In this document: one piece after another, positions 37,127-47,574 of the stretch
Position numbering within the stretch: the stretch's first letter is position 1
How the letters are laid out: every line of letters starts with the position of its first letter
Notes under the pieces: model-generated
The model's input: only the letters and a program-made list of their open reading frames with translations
What the model was told of the DNA's origin: nothing
The model's database searches: none
Program-made: the position numbers and the translations under genes
Assembly (NCBI GenBank): GCA_016191465.1
Contig: JACPOP010000020.1
Span: 11,888 to 75,887 of the forward strand
Direction: 5' to 3'
Source of the DNA: Chloroflexota bacterium
Lineage (GTDB): Bacteria; Chloroflexota; UBA6077; CF-72
Length of the DNA: 64,000 bases

Positions 37127-37755
37127 CTAGCGGCAGGCCTGGAGGGGATCGAGGTTCCGTGCCCGCCAGGTGCCGAAGAGGGTCGCCAGCGTGCAGAGGG
37201 TGCGCGTCCCGGCCGCCGAGCGGGTGCCGCCGCTGATCTTGCGCTGGATCACCCCCGGCTGGGGATGCTGCTCGCACCGCGGGTGAAAGTCGCGCAGCAG
37301 GTGCGCCCAGCACCGCTGATGGGGGCCGTCAGAGTGGTCGTAGGCGGCGTAGCAGTCGCTGCTCAGCACCCCGGTGAACGCGTCTGCCGCCTGGCTCGGC
37401 CCACTGCCCAAGACCTGGTCCACCCTCGCTTTGGCCCGGCCTCCATGCACGTACAGCCGCTCACGGTCGGTGCCGAAGCTCCACCGGTAGCCATGCACCC
37501 CTCCTGCCGCAGCCCGGTCTCGTCGGCCTGCACCCGCGGGCTGGCCCGGATCGCCGTCTGCACCTGGGTCTGGAAGGCGCTCCCGGCGACGGCCACGCGG
37601 TGCAGCGCGCCCACGATGGCGCCCGCGCTCAGCTCCAGCTGATGCACCGCCCCCAGGTACGAGGCGATCAGCGCGGCGGGCAGCCGCAACTCCGCCCGCA
37701 CGAGCGCGATGCGCGCCAGCAGCTCCACCCCCAGCCGCTGCGACTTGGGTCCGTA
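37127..37755 (-). mobile_element. Decayed IS66-family transposase remnant (N-terminally truncated, frameshifted near 37498-37500, internally deleted)
   Basis: Two overlapping ORF pieces. One: ...LPAALIASYLG...LSAGAIVGAL...VQADETGLRQEG. The other: HGYRWSFGT...FTGVLSSDCYAAYD...HQRCWAHLLRDF...RKISGGTRSAAGTRTLCTLATLFGTWRARNLDP. No terminal inverted repeats were identified. Confidence 0.65.
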
Positions 37756-37780
37756 AGCCGCGGTGGCCGGAGCGAGCGAA

Positions 37781-39664
37781 TCAGTCGTGGAGGCTGAGGA
37801 CGGCCATGAACGCTTCCTGGGGAATCTCAACCGAGCCCAGGCGCTTCATGCGCTTCTTCCCTTCAGCCTGCTTTTCGAGCAGCTTCCGCTTCCGGGAGAT
37901 GTCGCCTCCGTAGCACTTCGCGAGCACGTTCTTGCGCATGGCGCGGATCGTCTCACGGGCGATGATCTTGCTGCCGATTGCCGCCTGGATGGGCACCTCG
38001 AACATCTGCCGGGGAATCAGCTCGCGCAGCTTTTCGACCAGCGCGCGGCCCTGGTGGTAGGCCTTGTCGCGGTGGACGATCATGCTCAAAGCGTCCACGG
38101 GCTGGGCGTTCACCATCACGTCGAGCTTCACCAGGTCCGACGCGCGATAGTCGGAGAAGTGGTAATCCAGGCTGGCGTAGCCCTGCGTGCGCGATTTCAA
38201 CTGGTCGTAGAACTCCACGATCAGCTCCGCTAACGGCATATCGTACGCCAGCATCACGCGCTGCTCGTCCAGGTAATCCATCTTGCCGTACACGCCGCGA
38301 CGTGTCTGAACCAGCTCCATGATCGCCCCGATATGGCGGGAGGGCGCGATGATGGACAGCGCCACCCAGGGCTCCTCGATGCGGTCGTACGAGCCCGCGT
38401 TCGGCAAATCGGCGGGGTTCTCGACGGCGTTCATCAAGCCGTCCTGCGTAAACACGTGGTACTCCACGCTCGGCGCGGTGATGAGCAGCTCGAGGTTGTA
38501 CTCACGCTCCAGGCGCTCGCGGATGATCTCCATGTGGAGCATGCCCAGGAAGCCGCAGCGGAATCCGAACCCGAGCGCTGCCGAGCTTTCCATCTGATAG
38601 ATGAGGGAGGCGTCGTTCAGCTTCAGCTTCTCGAGCGCCTCTCGGAGAAGCGGGTAGTCCTCGCCATTGGTGGGGTAAAGGCCCGCGAACACCATCGACT
38701 TGGCAGGACGGTAGCCGCCCAGCGGCTCGGGTGCTGGGCGCGCCGCCAGGGTGATGGTGTCGCCCACGCGCACGTCCCGGACGTCCTTCAGACCCGTGGC
38801 GACGTAGCCGACCTCCCCAGCCTGGAGCGACTCCAGCGGGGTCATCGCCGGGCGGAGCGCACCGATCTCCACGGCTTCGGCTTTGACTCCGTTCGACATC
38901 ATCTGGACGCCAAGCCCGGTGACCACGTCGATTCGCCCGGCCATCACCCGGACATACGCGACCACGCCCTTGTACACGTCGTAGTGCGAATCGAAGATGA
39001 GTGCCCGCAGCGGGGCCTCGCGGTCGCCCTTCGGCGGAGGGATCTTCCGGACGATCGTTTCGAGAATTTCGTTGATACCAATCCCGTTCTTTGCAGAGGC
39101 GAGGATCACATCCTCCCCCGGCAGCCCGACGATCCGCTCAATTTCGTCGCGCACCATCTCTGGCTCGGCGCTGGGAAGGTCGATCTTATTGATCACGGGG
39201 ATAATCTCGAGGTTGTTCTCTATGGCCAGGTAGACGTTTGCCAGCGTCTGCGCCTCGACGCCCTGGGCGGCGTCCACCACCAGAACCGCGCCTTCGCAGG
39301 CGGCAAGAGCGCGCGAGACCTCATACGTGAAGTCAACGTGGCCCGGCGTGTCGATCAGGTTGAGCTGGTATTCCTGGCCGTCCGACGCCACGTACTGCAT
39401 TCGGACCGCCTTGGCCTTGATCGTGATGCCCTTCTCACGCTCGAGGTCCATGGCATCCAGCACTTGCTCCATCATGTCCCGACGGGCAAAGGTGCCGGTC
39501 GTCTCCAGCAGACGGTCCGCGAGCGTGGACTTCCCGTGGTCGATGTGCGCAATGATGACGAAGTTGCGAATGAGCGATTGGTCCACAGGCGGCGCCACAG
39601 GATAGCGAAGCGGGTCGGCGTGAGCGCCGCGTATCGGGGACGCGCCGCGGCAGCGCGCCGCCAT
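37781..39664 (-). CDS. lepA: Translation elongation factor 4 (LepA)
   Basis: [35 protein letters not shown], and the LepA-specific C-terminal domain. The true start may be the GTG at 39598 or 39586 rather than the ATG at 39664. Confidence 0.95.
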   Translation of the reverse strand: MAARCRGASPIRGAHADPLRYPVAPPVDQSLIRNFVIIAHIDHGKSTLADRLLETTGTFARRDMMEQVLDAMDLEREKGITIKAKAVRMQYVASDGQEYQLNLIDTPGHVDFTYEVSRALAACEGAVLVVDAAQGVEAQTLANVYLAIENNLEIIPVINKIDLPSAEPEMVRDEIERIVGLPGEDVILASAKNGIGINEILETIVRKIPPPKGDREAPLRALIFDSHYDVYKGVVAYVRVMAGRIDVVTGLGVQMMSNGVKAEAVEIGALRPAMTPLESLQAGEVGYVATGLKDVRDVRVGDTITLAARPAPEPLGGYRPAKSMVFAGLYPTNGEDYPLLREALEKLKLNDASLIYQMESSAALGFGFRCGFLGMLHMEIIRERLEREYNLELLITAPSVEYHVFTQDGLMNAVENPADLPNAGSYDRIEEPWVALSIIAPSRHIGAIMELVQTRRGVYGKMDYLDEQRVMLAYDMPLAELIVEFYDQLKSRTQGYASLDYHFSDYRASDLVKLDVMVNAQPVDALSMIVHRDKAYHQGRALVEKLRELIPRQMFEVPIQAAIGSKIIARETIRAMRKNVLAKCYGGDISRKRKLLEKQAEGKKRMKRLGSVEIPQEAFMAVLSLHD

Positions 39665-39720
39665 GTCCGTGGGCGCTCGAAGCAGTGGGGGAGGCTGGTC
39701 ACTCGGCTACGCTCTCCTGT

Positions 39721-40404
39721 ATGCCCGGACACTGGCTTGCCGATTTGCTTGCGCCGCGCTCCTTCCGCCCGGGCGTGAGCCCGCCGAACGCCGCGACGTC
39801 CGTAGCCATCCGGCGCCTCGCGGCATGGCTCGCCCTGGTGATCCTGGCGCTGGCTGCCGGGTGCCAGTCGCCGCCCGCACCCACAGGCACGACGGCGGCG
39901 CCCCCGACGGCCGGCGCCAGCAGCCCCTCAGTCCAGCCACTCCCACCCACCGCCCCCACGCCCGTCCCGGCTGGCTCATCCCGCGCGACGCTGCTGAAGG
40001 CGGCGAACGAAGCATTGCAAGCCGGCGACGCCGCCCGCGCCAGCGACCTCTTTCAACAGCTTCTCGGCACTCCAGCCACGCCCGGTGATCCCGCGCCGCT
40101 GAGCGCGGCAATTCTCGGCCAGGCGACGTTCGGCAATGTGCTGGCGCTGCTGGCGCTCGGGCGCGAGGATGACGCGCGGCGCCTGGTGGACGCCGCACGA
40201 TCACGGGCCGCCAGCGATCCGTTTGCGCGCCTCGCCGCCCAGTTGTACGACCAGTACGGCATGACCGGCGACCTCGCCGCTGCGTGCGCCTCGGTGAATC
40301 AGCAGGCGGGGCCGCTCCTGGCCGAGGCCGCCCGCGCCCTCGATGCCGCCGGGGTCGCGCTCGCGCCGGACCGTCCGTGCGTCGTTCCGACCCGGCGCGG
40401 GTAA
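39721..40404 (+). CDS. Hypothetical lipoprotein with an Ala/Pro linker and a helical (TPR-like) C-terminal region
   Basis: Lipobox LVILALAAGC followed by a Pro/Ala/Thr linker. The start is uncertain (39685, 39721, or the GTG at 39775). Confidence 0.5.
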   Translation: MPGHWLADLLAPRSFRPGVSPPNAATSVAIRRLAAWLALVILALAAGCQSPPAPTGTTAAPPTAGASSPSVQPLPPTAPTPVPAGSSRATLLKAANEALQAGDAARASDLFQQLLGTPATPGDPAPLSAAILGQATFGNVLALLALGREDDARRLVDAARSRAASDPFARLAAQLYDQYGMTGDLAAACASVNQQAGPLLAEAARALDAAGVALAPDRPCVVPTRRG

Positions 40405-40492
40405 GCTCGCTCACTGGAGAACGCAACCTATCGCTCGTGGATCTGCCACCCGTGAGGCAAGCGACCACGCCCCTGGCGCCCGCGTGCTGCGC

Positions 40493-41227
40493 TCAGCGGG
40501 CTCCGTACAGTCCGCGGGCATCGTTGACCCGCACCGAGAGGACGTCGGCGACCATCTTCAACGTGTCGCGGACGGCATGCACGCGACTGTTCTCCTTGTG
40601 CTCCCAGTGCAGCGCGACAGACTGCACGGGGAAGTGCAGGCGGCGGGCGAGAAACAGCACTTCGACGTCGAAGCCGAACCCCCGCACCCGGGTGCGCGAG
40701 AAGATGGCCTCGGCGGCCTCGGCGTCGAACGCCTTGAAGCCGCACTGCGTGTCCTCGATGCCTGGCACCGCGAGCGCCTGCACGAGTCGGTTGAACACCC
40801 GCCCCATCACGTGGCGGTACGCCGGCTCGCCCACGCGCCGTGCGCCGTAGCCCTCGCGCGAGCCGATCACCACCGGCGCTCCCTGGCCGACGAGCGCAGC
40901 GAACCGTTCGAGGTCTGCGAGCGGCCAGGAAAGGTCCGCGTCCCCGAAGAACCGGACCCGCCCTGTGGCAGCCAGCATACCGGTTCTGACCGCGAGGCCT
41001 TTCCCTGCTCTCTCGGTGCGGACGAGGCGCAGAGCTGGGAAGTGCGTCATCGCCTGGTGGACCACTGCCGACGTGGCGTCGTCCGAGCCGTTGTCCACGA
41101 CGAGCACTTCGGCATCCAGGGCGTGTGACTCAATGTGCTGCTGCAGCGCGAGCAACGTGGAGGGAAGCCGGGCCTGCTCGTTGAAGGCCGGGAGCACCAG
41201 CGAGATGCGGGGCGCCGCGTCTGTCAT
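40493..41227 (-). CDS. GT2 glycosyltransferase (polyprenyl-phosphate sugar synthase-like)
   Basis: ISLVLPAFNE, VVDNGSDDAT, GDADL, QCGFKAF. The ATG at 41227 overlaps the upstream stop (ATGA). Confidence 0.85.
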   Translation of the reverse strand: MTDAAPRISLVLPAFNEQARLPSTLLALQQHIESHALDAEVLVVDNGSDDATSAVVHQAMTHFPALRLVRTERAGKGLAVRTGMLAATGRVRFFGDADLSWPLADLERFAALVGQGAPVVIGSREGYGARRVGEPAYRHVMGRVFNRLVQALAVPGIEDTQCGFKAFDAEAAEAIFSRTRVRGFGFDVEVLFLARRLHFPVQSVALHWEHKENSRVHAVRDTLKMVADVLSVRVNDARGLYGAR

Positions 41228-42189
41228 GGGCGCTCCGCGAGCATGCGCAGCACGTGGTCCGGTGGTACCGTTCGTCGCGCCTGGACGGCGCGACGCGCGG
41301 CCAGGTGAAGCGGCAGCGTCCACAATCCGGCTGCCAACCCGCGCAGCGTGGCCCGCGCGGCGGCACCGCGCCAGGCGGCAGCCGCGTCGGCGGCCTTGCG
41401 CGCCTGCGCCCGCAGGATGGCTGGCAAGAGACCGGGGAGCAGGGCTGACGGCACTGTCTTCACCAGCAGCCGGATGCTGTTCCGGGCGTTGTAATACGAG
41501 GCCAGCGGGCCTCCGCCGGTGGCGCTGCCACGGTGGACCACCCGCGCCGCCGGCTCATACAGGGCGCTCCACCCGCGCAGTTGCGCGCGCAGTGCGAGGT
41601 CCACGTCCTCCAGGTAGGCAAAGTACCACTCGTCGAACAGGCCCACGTCTTCGAGCATCGTGCGGCGGTACGCGACCGCGCCACCACTGGCGCCCAGCAC
41701 CAACGCCGGAGTGTCAAAGGCGGGGCCGTCGGGCTCGCCCGCGCCTCGCTGAAACGCTCGGCCAGCCCGGTCCAGCCCGTCGCCCGCGGCGTTGATCCGC
41801 CCGTCCTCGAAGACCATGCGCGCCGCGACCGCACCTCGACGCTCGTCCGACAGGAGCGATCGGACACTGGCCTCCACCCACTCTGGATTCGCCCAAGCGT
41901 CGTTGTTGAGCAACAGCAAGACGTCGCCGCGCGCGGCGCGCAGCCCGGCGTTCACGTTGCCCGCGAAGCCCCGGTTGCGGTCGAGGCGCAGGAAGCGAGC
42001 GCCCGGAAGCACGCTGCGGACCACCTCCAAGCTCGTGTCAGTGGACGCGCCGTCCGCTACCACCACTTCCACGTTCGGGTATGTCTGGTGGGCAAGCGAA
42101 ATGAGGCAGCTCGCCAGCAGCGAAGCGCCATTCCAGGTGGGCACCACGACACTGGCGAGCGGCCGGCGCGGTAGCCCCAACACGTTCAT
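41224..42189 (-). CDS. GT2 glycosyltransferase (rhamnosyl/galactosyl-transferase-like)
   Basis: SVVVPTWNG, ADGASTD, NNDAW, EDVDL. The 528-aa ORF is trimmed to the ATG at 42189. Confidence 0.8.
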   Translation of the reverse strand: MNVLGLPRRPLASVVVPTWNGASLLASCLISLAHQTYPNVEVVVADGASTDTSLEVVRSVLPGARFLRLDRNRGFAGNVNAGLRAARGDVLLLLNNDAWANPEWVEASVRSLLSDERRGAVAARMVFEDGRINAAGDGLDRAGRAFQRGAGEPDGPAFDTPALVLGASGGAVAYRRTMLEDVGLFDEWYFAYLEDVDLALRAQLRGWSALYEPAARVVHRGSATGGGPLASYYNARNSIRLLVKTVPSALLPGLLPAILRAQARKAADAAAAWRGAAARATLRGLAAGLWTLPLHLAARRAVQARRTVPPDHVLRMLAERP

Positions 42190-42295
42190 GCGTGCTCGCG
42201 AGCATACCGGAGGGTCGGAGGACGCGCCGGTGCGGGGCTGGCGCGGAAAAGTCTCCACCGCTCGTGCTGAGCCGGCTGACGCGGAGGCGGCGCGG

Positions 42296-43651
42296 TCAGT
42301 CCGGCGCCCGACCCCGGGCCCAGTCCAGAGCCTCGCCAGCCACGAAGAGCGAACCCGTTGCGACCACGGCATCGCCGATCGCCACGGCCTGGTCCAGCGC
42401 ATCCCCGACGCGGCCACCCTGCTCCACGGGCACTCCCGGAGCCAGGGCCTGGCACGCGCGCAGAATCTCATCCGCAGCCGCCGCGCGGTCATGTTGGGCG
42501 CGGACCACCAGGACCCGAGTAGCTCTGGGTAAGAGCGGGCGCAGAATAGCCACCGGGTCTTTGCCTTCCGTGAGTCCGATGACCAGCGTGTAATCGTCCG
42601 TCTCCTCATCATCAAGAGCCTGGGCAAGCGCCAGGGCTGACGCCCCGTTGTGCGCTCCATCAATCCAGACGGGTGGTGTTTGGATAACTCGTTGCAGACG
42701 GCCCGGCCACTCGACGCGGTCCAGGGCGACAGCCAGGGCGGCGGGGTCGGCATGTGCTTTGCCAAGGGCGGCGAGGGCCGCCGCGCCGAGCCCGACCGCC
42801 GTCGCGGCATTGTCGCGCTGGTGGCGGCCCAGGAGAGGCAGGCGTGCGCTCACACGCCGCTTGCCGTCAGGACCCCTGACCGTAGTGATGCCATCAGCGT
42901 TCATGGACCAGCACCAGTCGCGCCCCACTCGCTCGATCAGCGCGCCCGTTCGAACGGCCTCAAGCGCGATCGTGGCGCTCGCTTCATCGGGCTGTGGGCC
43001 GAGCACGGTGGTCCGGCCGCCCCTGAGCACACCGGCCTTGTGCCAGGCAATCTCGCCCAGGCCCGTGCCGAGAACCCCTTCGTGGTCCAACGAGACGGGG
43101 GTGATCGCCGAGGCAATCGGCTCAACCACGTTCGTCACGTCGAACCGGCCGCCGACGCCAACCTCGAGCACCGCCGCTTCTACGCCGCCCCGCGCAAATG
43201 CCAGCAGCGACAGCGCCGTGCCGATCTCGAAAGTCATCGGCACGCCGAGCGACGGAGGCAGCCGCTCTACGGCTGGACGGAGGACCCCTACCAGTTGCGT
43301 GACTTCGCCGGGCAGGATGAACCGGTCCACCAGCAGCGTCCGCTCGCGCCAGTTGAGCAGGTGTGGCGACGTATACCGGCCAACACGCAGGCCCCCGGCC
43401 TGGAGGCACGCGTGCGCAAACGCGGCAGTGCTGCCCTTGCCCTTCGTCCCCGCGACAAGGACCGACGCAAACTGCAGCTGCGGAGAGCCGAGAAGCGCAA
43501 GGAGCGCCCGGAACCGCTCCATCCGGGACGCTCGCCGCGTCGTGTCAGCCGGCGCTCCCGCCGAGAACGACCAGATCCAGCGTAGCGCGGCCCGGTATTC
43601 CGGGCTCGGCTCCTGGTCGTCGCGAACGAGGTTGGAGCTCCACAGACTCAA
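42296..43651 (-). CDS. folC: Folylpolyglutamate synthase / dihydrofolate synthase (Mur ligase family)
   Basis: P-loop VAGTKGKGST, SPHLLNWRER, and the Mur-ligase C-domain. TTG start at 43651. Confidence 0.85.
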   Translation of the reverse strand: MSLWSSNLVRDDQEPSPEYRAALRWIWSFSAGAPADTTRRASRMERFRALLALLGSPQLQFASVLVAGTKGKGSTAAFAHACLQAGGLRVGRYTSPHLLNWRERTLLVDRFILPGEVTQLVGVLRPAVERLPPSLGVPMTFEIGTALSLLAFARGGVEAAVLEVGVGGRFDVTNVVEPIASAITPVSLDHEGVLGTGLGEIAWHKAGVLRGGRTTVLGPQPDEASATIALEAVRTGALIERVGRDWCWSMNADGITTVRGPDGKRRVSARLPLLGRHQRDNAATAVGLGAAALAALGKAHADPAALAVALDRVEWPGRLQRVIQTPPVWIDGAHNGASALALAQALDDEETDDYTLVIGLTEGKDPVAILRPLLPRATRVLVVRAQHDRAAAADEILRACQALAPGVPVEQGGRVGDALDQAVAIGDAVVATGSLFVAGEALDWARGRAPD

Positions 43652-43804
43652 GGGGTCGCACGCTCGTTCTCAAGCACAAGCGCTAGTGGGGGCTGCCACA
43701 CCTGGATGGTTCGCGGACCTGGCAGAATTGGCGGTCGGCCGAGTCGATGGCCCCGGAAGAATGCCGATCCGCGAGACCCCACGGGTTACAGGCGAATGCG
43801 TGAG

Positions 43805-44230
43805 TCAGATCGCCCGCATACGGTTGTTGCGGGGATTGTGCTCCACCTCGGCAAGTCCGAGTGTCTCCAGGAGCGGCGGTACGTACATGCCAAACCGCCC
43901 TCTCAGGCCCTTCTTCAGGCCGTACCACCCGCCGACGGGATTCTCGGGCGAGCGCCCCCAGGCCTCCACAGTGCCCGCCGCCACCGGTTTTTGCTCGTCG
44001 GCCGAGCCCAGCAGTACCCACTCGTCGTGCGCCTTCAGCATGGCGTGCAGATCCTCCACACAGCGGAGGAGGTAGCGCAGCTCTGTTTTGCCCACCGTAC
44101 ACACCAACTCAGGGGGGTCCGCTGCCTCATCTCGGTACATCTCAAATTCGGAATTCCCCGACGGTGTCTTCAGCCGCCAGGGGCGCGTTTTGGTCCCGTC
44201 ACCGCTATGAGTCATTGCCGTTGTGGTCAC
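43805..44230 (-). CDS. Conserved hypothetical protein (motifs RPWRLKTPSGNSEFEMYRDE and GWYGLKKGLRGRFGMYVPPLLE)
   Basis: Clean ORF with coding-like composition. I recall the motif pattern from uncharacterised actinobacterial proteins; no function is known. Confidence 0.7.
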   Translation of the reverse strand: MTTTAMTHSGDGTKTRPWRLKTPSGNSEFEMYRDEAADPPELVCTVGKTELRYLLRCVEDLHAMLKAHDEWVLLGSADEQKPVAAGTVEAWGRSPENPVGGWYGLKKGLRGRFGMYVPPLLETLGLAEVEHNPRNNRMRAI

Positions 44231-44410
44231 GTCGTCCCGGCTGCTCCTTCTGTCCGTGCGCCCAGTACCGTACCATGCGCGGGCTCGGTGATAGTAACGG
44301 ATTGGTTACCATGTCGTCACGTCGCGGTTGGCGCCTGATGTGCGAGGGACGGTACTCTGGAGGCCCAGCATGATGGCCCTGCATCGACTCGCCGGGCGCG
44401 GCCCAGCACG

Positions 44411-44767
44411 GTGAGCGGGCAACTCGCGCTAGCTTCCGGACACGCCGCCGCGGTGACATCGCGCGGTGATCCATTCGAAGCGCTCGGCGATCCGCATCGG
44501 CGCTTGATCGTTGAGATACTCGCCAACCAGGAGCGATCCGTGCGTGAGATAGCGGACTTGCTGCCGATCAGCCGCCCTGCTGTCTCACGCCATTTGCGAC
44601 TCCTGAAGCGTGCGGGGCTGGTTGTGGAGGAACCCCGAGGCACCCGGCGCATCTATCGTCTCCAGGCGGATGGCGTGGAGGCAGTCCAACGGTACCTCGA
44701 GCGCGTCTGGGGCGAAGCCGCCGCTCGATTCCGCCTGGTGGTTGACAACAGGCCGCCCACTCGGTGA
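44411..44767 (+). CDS. ArsR/SmtB-family transcriptional regulator
   Basis: FEALGDPHRRLIVEIL...SVREIADLLPISRPAVSRHLRLLKRAGLV (winged HTH). Confidence 0.85.
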   Translation: MSGQLALASGHAAAVTSRGDPFEALGDPHRRLIVEILANQERSVREIADLLPISRPAVSRHLRLLKRAGLVVEEPRGTRRIYRLQADGVEAVQRYLERVWGEAAARFRLVVDNRPPTR

Positions 44768-45282
44768 CCCCTGTGCAGTCGCCCCTGGAGCCCATCCGCC
44801 TCGCCTTCGAAGTAGCGTGCGCCGCCGAGCAGGCCTTTCAGACCTGGACGGAGCGGATCGGCGCCTGGTGGCCAAAGGACCACACCGTCACGTGCGACCC
44901 GAACCTGCACGTCGTCATCGAGCCGTGGGTAGGCGGCAGGATCTTCGAGCGCACGCCCTCGGGCGTGGAACATGCCTGGGGTGAAGTGACAACCTGGGAG
45001 CCGCCCCGACGGTTCGGCTATCGGTGGCACCTCCGCCGCGACCGCTCCGATGCTACAGACGTGGACATCCGCTTCGTGGCCCTCGGCGCTTCAGCGACCC
45101 GTGTCGAGATTGAGCACCGCGGATGGGAGCGGCTCGGGTGCGAAGGCGAGGTCTGGCGCGGTCGGAACTTTGGCGGCTGGTCCGCGCTCCTCCCGCACTT
45201 CGTGCATGCGGCGAATCTCGGCGCTTCATCTCGGAATGCGGCGCGGCAGATTGGGGAGTCCGACGGAGTCCCCGGCACGTGA
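44764..45282 (+). CDS. SRPBCC/AHSA1-domain protein
   Basis: AFQTWTERIGAWWP...WGEVTTWEPPRRFGYRW pattern. The GTG start overlaps the arsR stop (GTGA). Confidence 0.8.
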   Translation: MTPVQSPLEPIRLAFEVACAAEQAFQTWTERIGAWWPKDHTVTCDPNLHVVIEPWVGGRIFERTPSGVEHAWGEVTTWEPPRRFGYRWHLRRDRSDATDVDIRFVALGASATRVEIEHRGWERLGCEGEVWRGRNFGGWSALLPHFVHAANLGASSRNAARQIGESDGVPGT

Positions 45283-45521
45283 ATGATTCCACTGGGCAGT
45301 TCGCCTCCGCTCGTGCGCCCGTCGCGGCGCCGCTCACCTCCCGTGGTAAACTGTGCCAGAGTCGCGCCGTGCGCGGCATCGCCTGGCCGCTGGCGCCGAG
45401 CGGCGATCTCTTCGCGAGCACGTCCGCATGGCCACGTCATGCCGCCGGTTGCGCGAACGTAACCCACGGGCGTCGGCGACAGGGCCTGAGCTCTGCGCAC
45501 TGATTACAGGAGGGCTGCTGC

Positions 45522-46745
45522 TTGGCTGCCTCAACTGGCAAGCGATTCGTCATCATTGGGAACGGAGCGTCGGGCACGTACGCGGCTGAGACAATCCGCA
45601 AGAACCTGCCGGACAGCGACGTCACGCTGATTACCAACGAGCCGTATCCGCTCTACAACCGCGTTGCGCTCCCGCCGTACCTGCGCGGCACCGCCAAACG
45701 CGAGAAGGTCTTTCTTCGCACCCCGGAGCAGCACGCCGAGAAGGGCATCAAACTGCTCCTGGAGACACAGATCGAGCGCATCGACGTGCGAGGCAAGGTC
45801 GCGCATTCGGCGGACGGGCGCGAGCTCCCGTACGACCAGATGCTGATCGCCACGGGCGGCCGGCCCAACGCGCTGGCCGTGCCAGGTGCGGCTGGGACGC
45901 TCGGGGTCCTGAACTTCCAGTACTTTGCCGACGCCGAGGCGATCCGAGAGCGGATGGAAACCTCGAAGCATGCGACGGTCGTCGGCGGCTCGTATATCGC
46001 GTACGAGCTTGCGGAAGCGTTTCGTCACCACAACCTCGAGGTGACCTGGCTGATCCGCGGCCCGCGCTTCTTACGGCGGGTCCTGGACGAAGCGGGCGGG
46101 CGCTTGGTCGACCAGATCGCCCGGGATGCGGGGGTGGACATCCGCTACGGACACGAGGTCAAGGAGGTCCACGCCCGCGACGGCCAGGTTGTGGGCGTGA
46201 CCACCACGGCTGATCAGCACATCGACACTGACCTGGTGGGTGTCGGGCTGGGCGTGAAGATGAACACCGAGTTTCTCGCCGACACGGGCATCACCGTGCG
46301 CGGCGGCATCGTCACGAACGAGTTCCTCGAAACCGCGGTTCCCGGTGTCCTGGCGGCAGGCGACGTTGCGGAGTTCTTCGACGTGGCGATCGGCCTGCAC
46401 AACCAGATGGGGACGTGGAATAACAGTGTCGGCCACGGCCGCATCGCCGGCGCGACCATGAGCGGCGACCGGAAGGCCTACAACGACACGCCGATGTATT
46501 CCACGGGGCTCTTCGACTCCCGGATCCGCGTGATGGGTCTGACGCCCGAGAACCTGAGCGACCTGGAGAGCTACCAGGAGATCGACGAGGAGAAGCGCAA
46601 CTATCGGCGCCTGTTCTTCCGCGATGGCCGCCTGGTGGGTGGCTGCTTGATTGGCGATATCAAGCTCCAGACGAAGATCATCCAGGTCATCCAGGCGCGC
46701 CAGGTGATTCCCGACAGCGAGCGCGCGAGCATTCTTCAGAGCTGA
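45522..46745 (+). CDS. FAD/NAD(P)-dependent pyridine-nucleotide-disulfide-family oxidoreductase (ferredoxin/rubredoxin-reductase-like)
   Basis: FVIIGNGASGTYAAE and VVGGSYIAYELAEA dinucleotide folds, plus AAGDVAE. The TTG start lies 9 nt after AGGAGGG. Confidence 0.85.
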   Translation: MAASTGKRFVIIGNGASGTYAAETIRKNLPDSDVTLITNEPYPLYNRVALPPYLRGTAKREKVFLRTPEQHAEKGIKLLLETQIERIDVRGKVAHSADGRELPYDQMLIATGGRPNALAVPGAAGTLGVLNFQYFADAEAIRERMETSKHATVVGGSYIAYELAEAFRHHNLEVTWLIRGPRFLRRVLDEAGGRLVDQIARDAGVDIRYGHEVKEVHARDGQVVGVTTTADQHIDTDLVGVGLGVKMNTEFLADTGITVRGGIVTNEFLETAVPGVLAAGDVAEFFDVAIGLHNQMGTWNNSVGHGRIAGATMSGDRKAYNDTPMYSTGLFDSRIRVMGLTPENLSDLESYQEIDEEKRNYRRLFFRDGRLVGGCLIGDIKLQTKIIQVIQARQVIPDSERASILQS

Positions 46746-46789
46746 GCGCGCCGTGAGGAAGTCCACTATGGCGGCGAAGAGCAGGACTG

Positions 46790-47563
46790 GTGGCTGAGCT
46801 GGCAGCCGAGGCTCTGCTGAGCGCCTCGGTCATCCTGGCGCGCGAGGCCGATGGCGCCCCGCCCGAGTTCTTTATGGTGCGGCGGAGCGAGCGTTCACAC
46901 CTGGGCCCGGCCCTGGTGTTTCCCGGAGGCGTCGTCCGACCCGACGACGCCGAGGGGCCCTGGTCGGAGACGGAGAACGCCTCGGCCCTTGCCGCGGACG
47001 TGGAGCGACGCGCCGAGCAGCCCGCGCCGAGCTTCGCGCGCGTGCTCGCCTGCGCGGTTCGCGAGCTGTTCGAGGAAGCCGGCGTGCTGCTGGCGGAGGG
47101 TGCCGCCCCCGGCGCGGACGCTCTCGTGCCGGCGCGGGCCGCGCTTCAGCGTGAGGAGCTCAGCCTCTCCGCGCTGCTCACCCGCTGGAACCTGCGGGCG
47201 TCCTACGGGGCGCTTACCGCGTTTTCCCACTGGATCACACCCATCGCCCGGCCCTCGCGCTTCGACACCTGGTTCTTCGTGGCCGAGATGCCCGATGCGC
47301 AGGCAGCCGTCCACTGCGACATTGAGACCACGGACAGCGCGTGGATCTCGGCCAGGGACGCGCTGGAGGCAGGAGCGAGTGGCAGAGCCTCGCTCGTGTT
47401 CGCCACCGAGGCGCACTTGCGGCGGCTGGCGCCGTTCGGTTCCCTTGATGACCTGGTGCGGTTCGCGCGAACGAAGGCGATACCGACGGTTTTCCCGACC
47501 ATCCAGCGCCTCCCACAGGGCCCGACTCCCGTACTCGACGCAGACCTCGTCGATCGCTGGTAG
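46790..47563 (+). CDS. NUDIX-family hydrolase
   Basis: LVFPGGVV...AVRELFEEAGVLL Nudix-box-like segment. GTG start. Confidence 0.75.
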   Translation: MAELAAEALLSASVILAREADGAPPEFFMVRRSERSHLGPALVFPGGVVRPDDAEGPWSETENASALAADVERRAEQPAPSFARVLACAVRELFEEAGVLLAEGAAPGADALVPARAALQREELSLSALLTRWNLRASYGALTAFSHWITPIARPSRFDTWFFVAEMPDAQAAVHCDIETTDSAWISARDALEAGASGRASLVFATEAHLRRLAPFGSLDDLVRFARTKAIPTVFPTIQRLPQGPTPVLDADLVDRW

Positions 47564-47574
47564 TGCGCCGCGGC

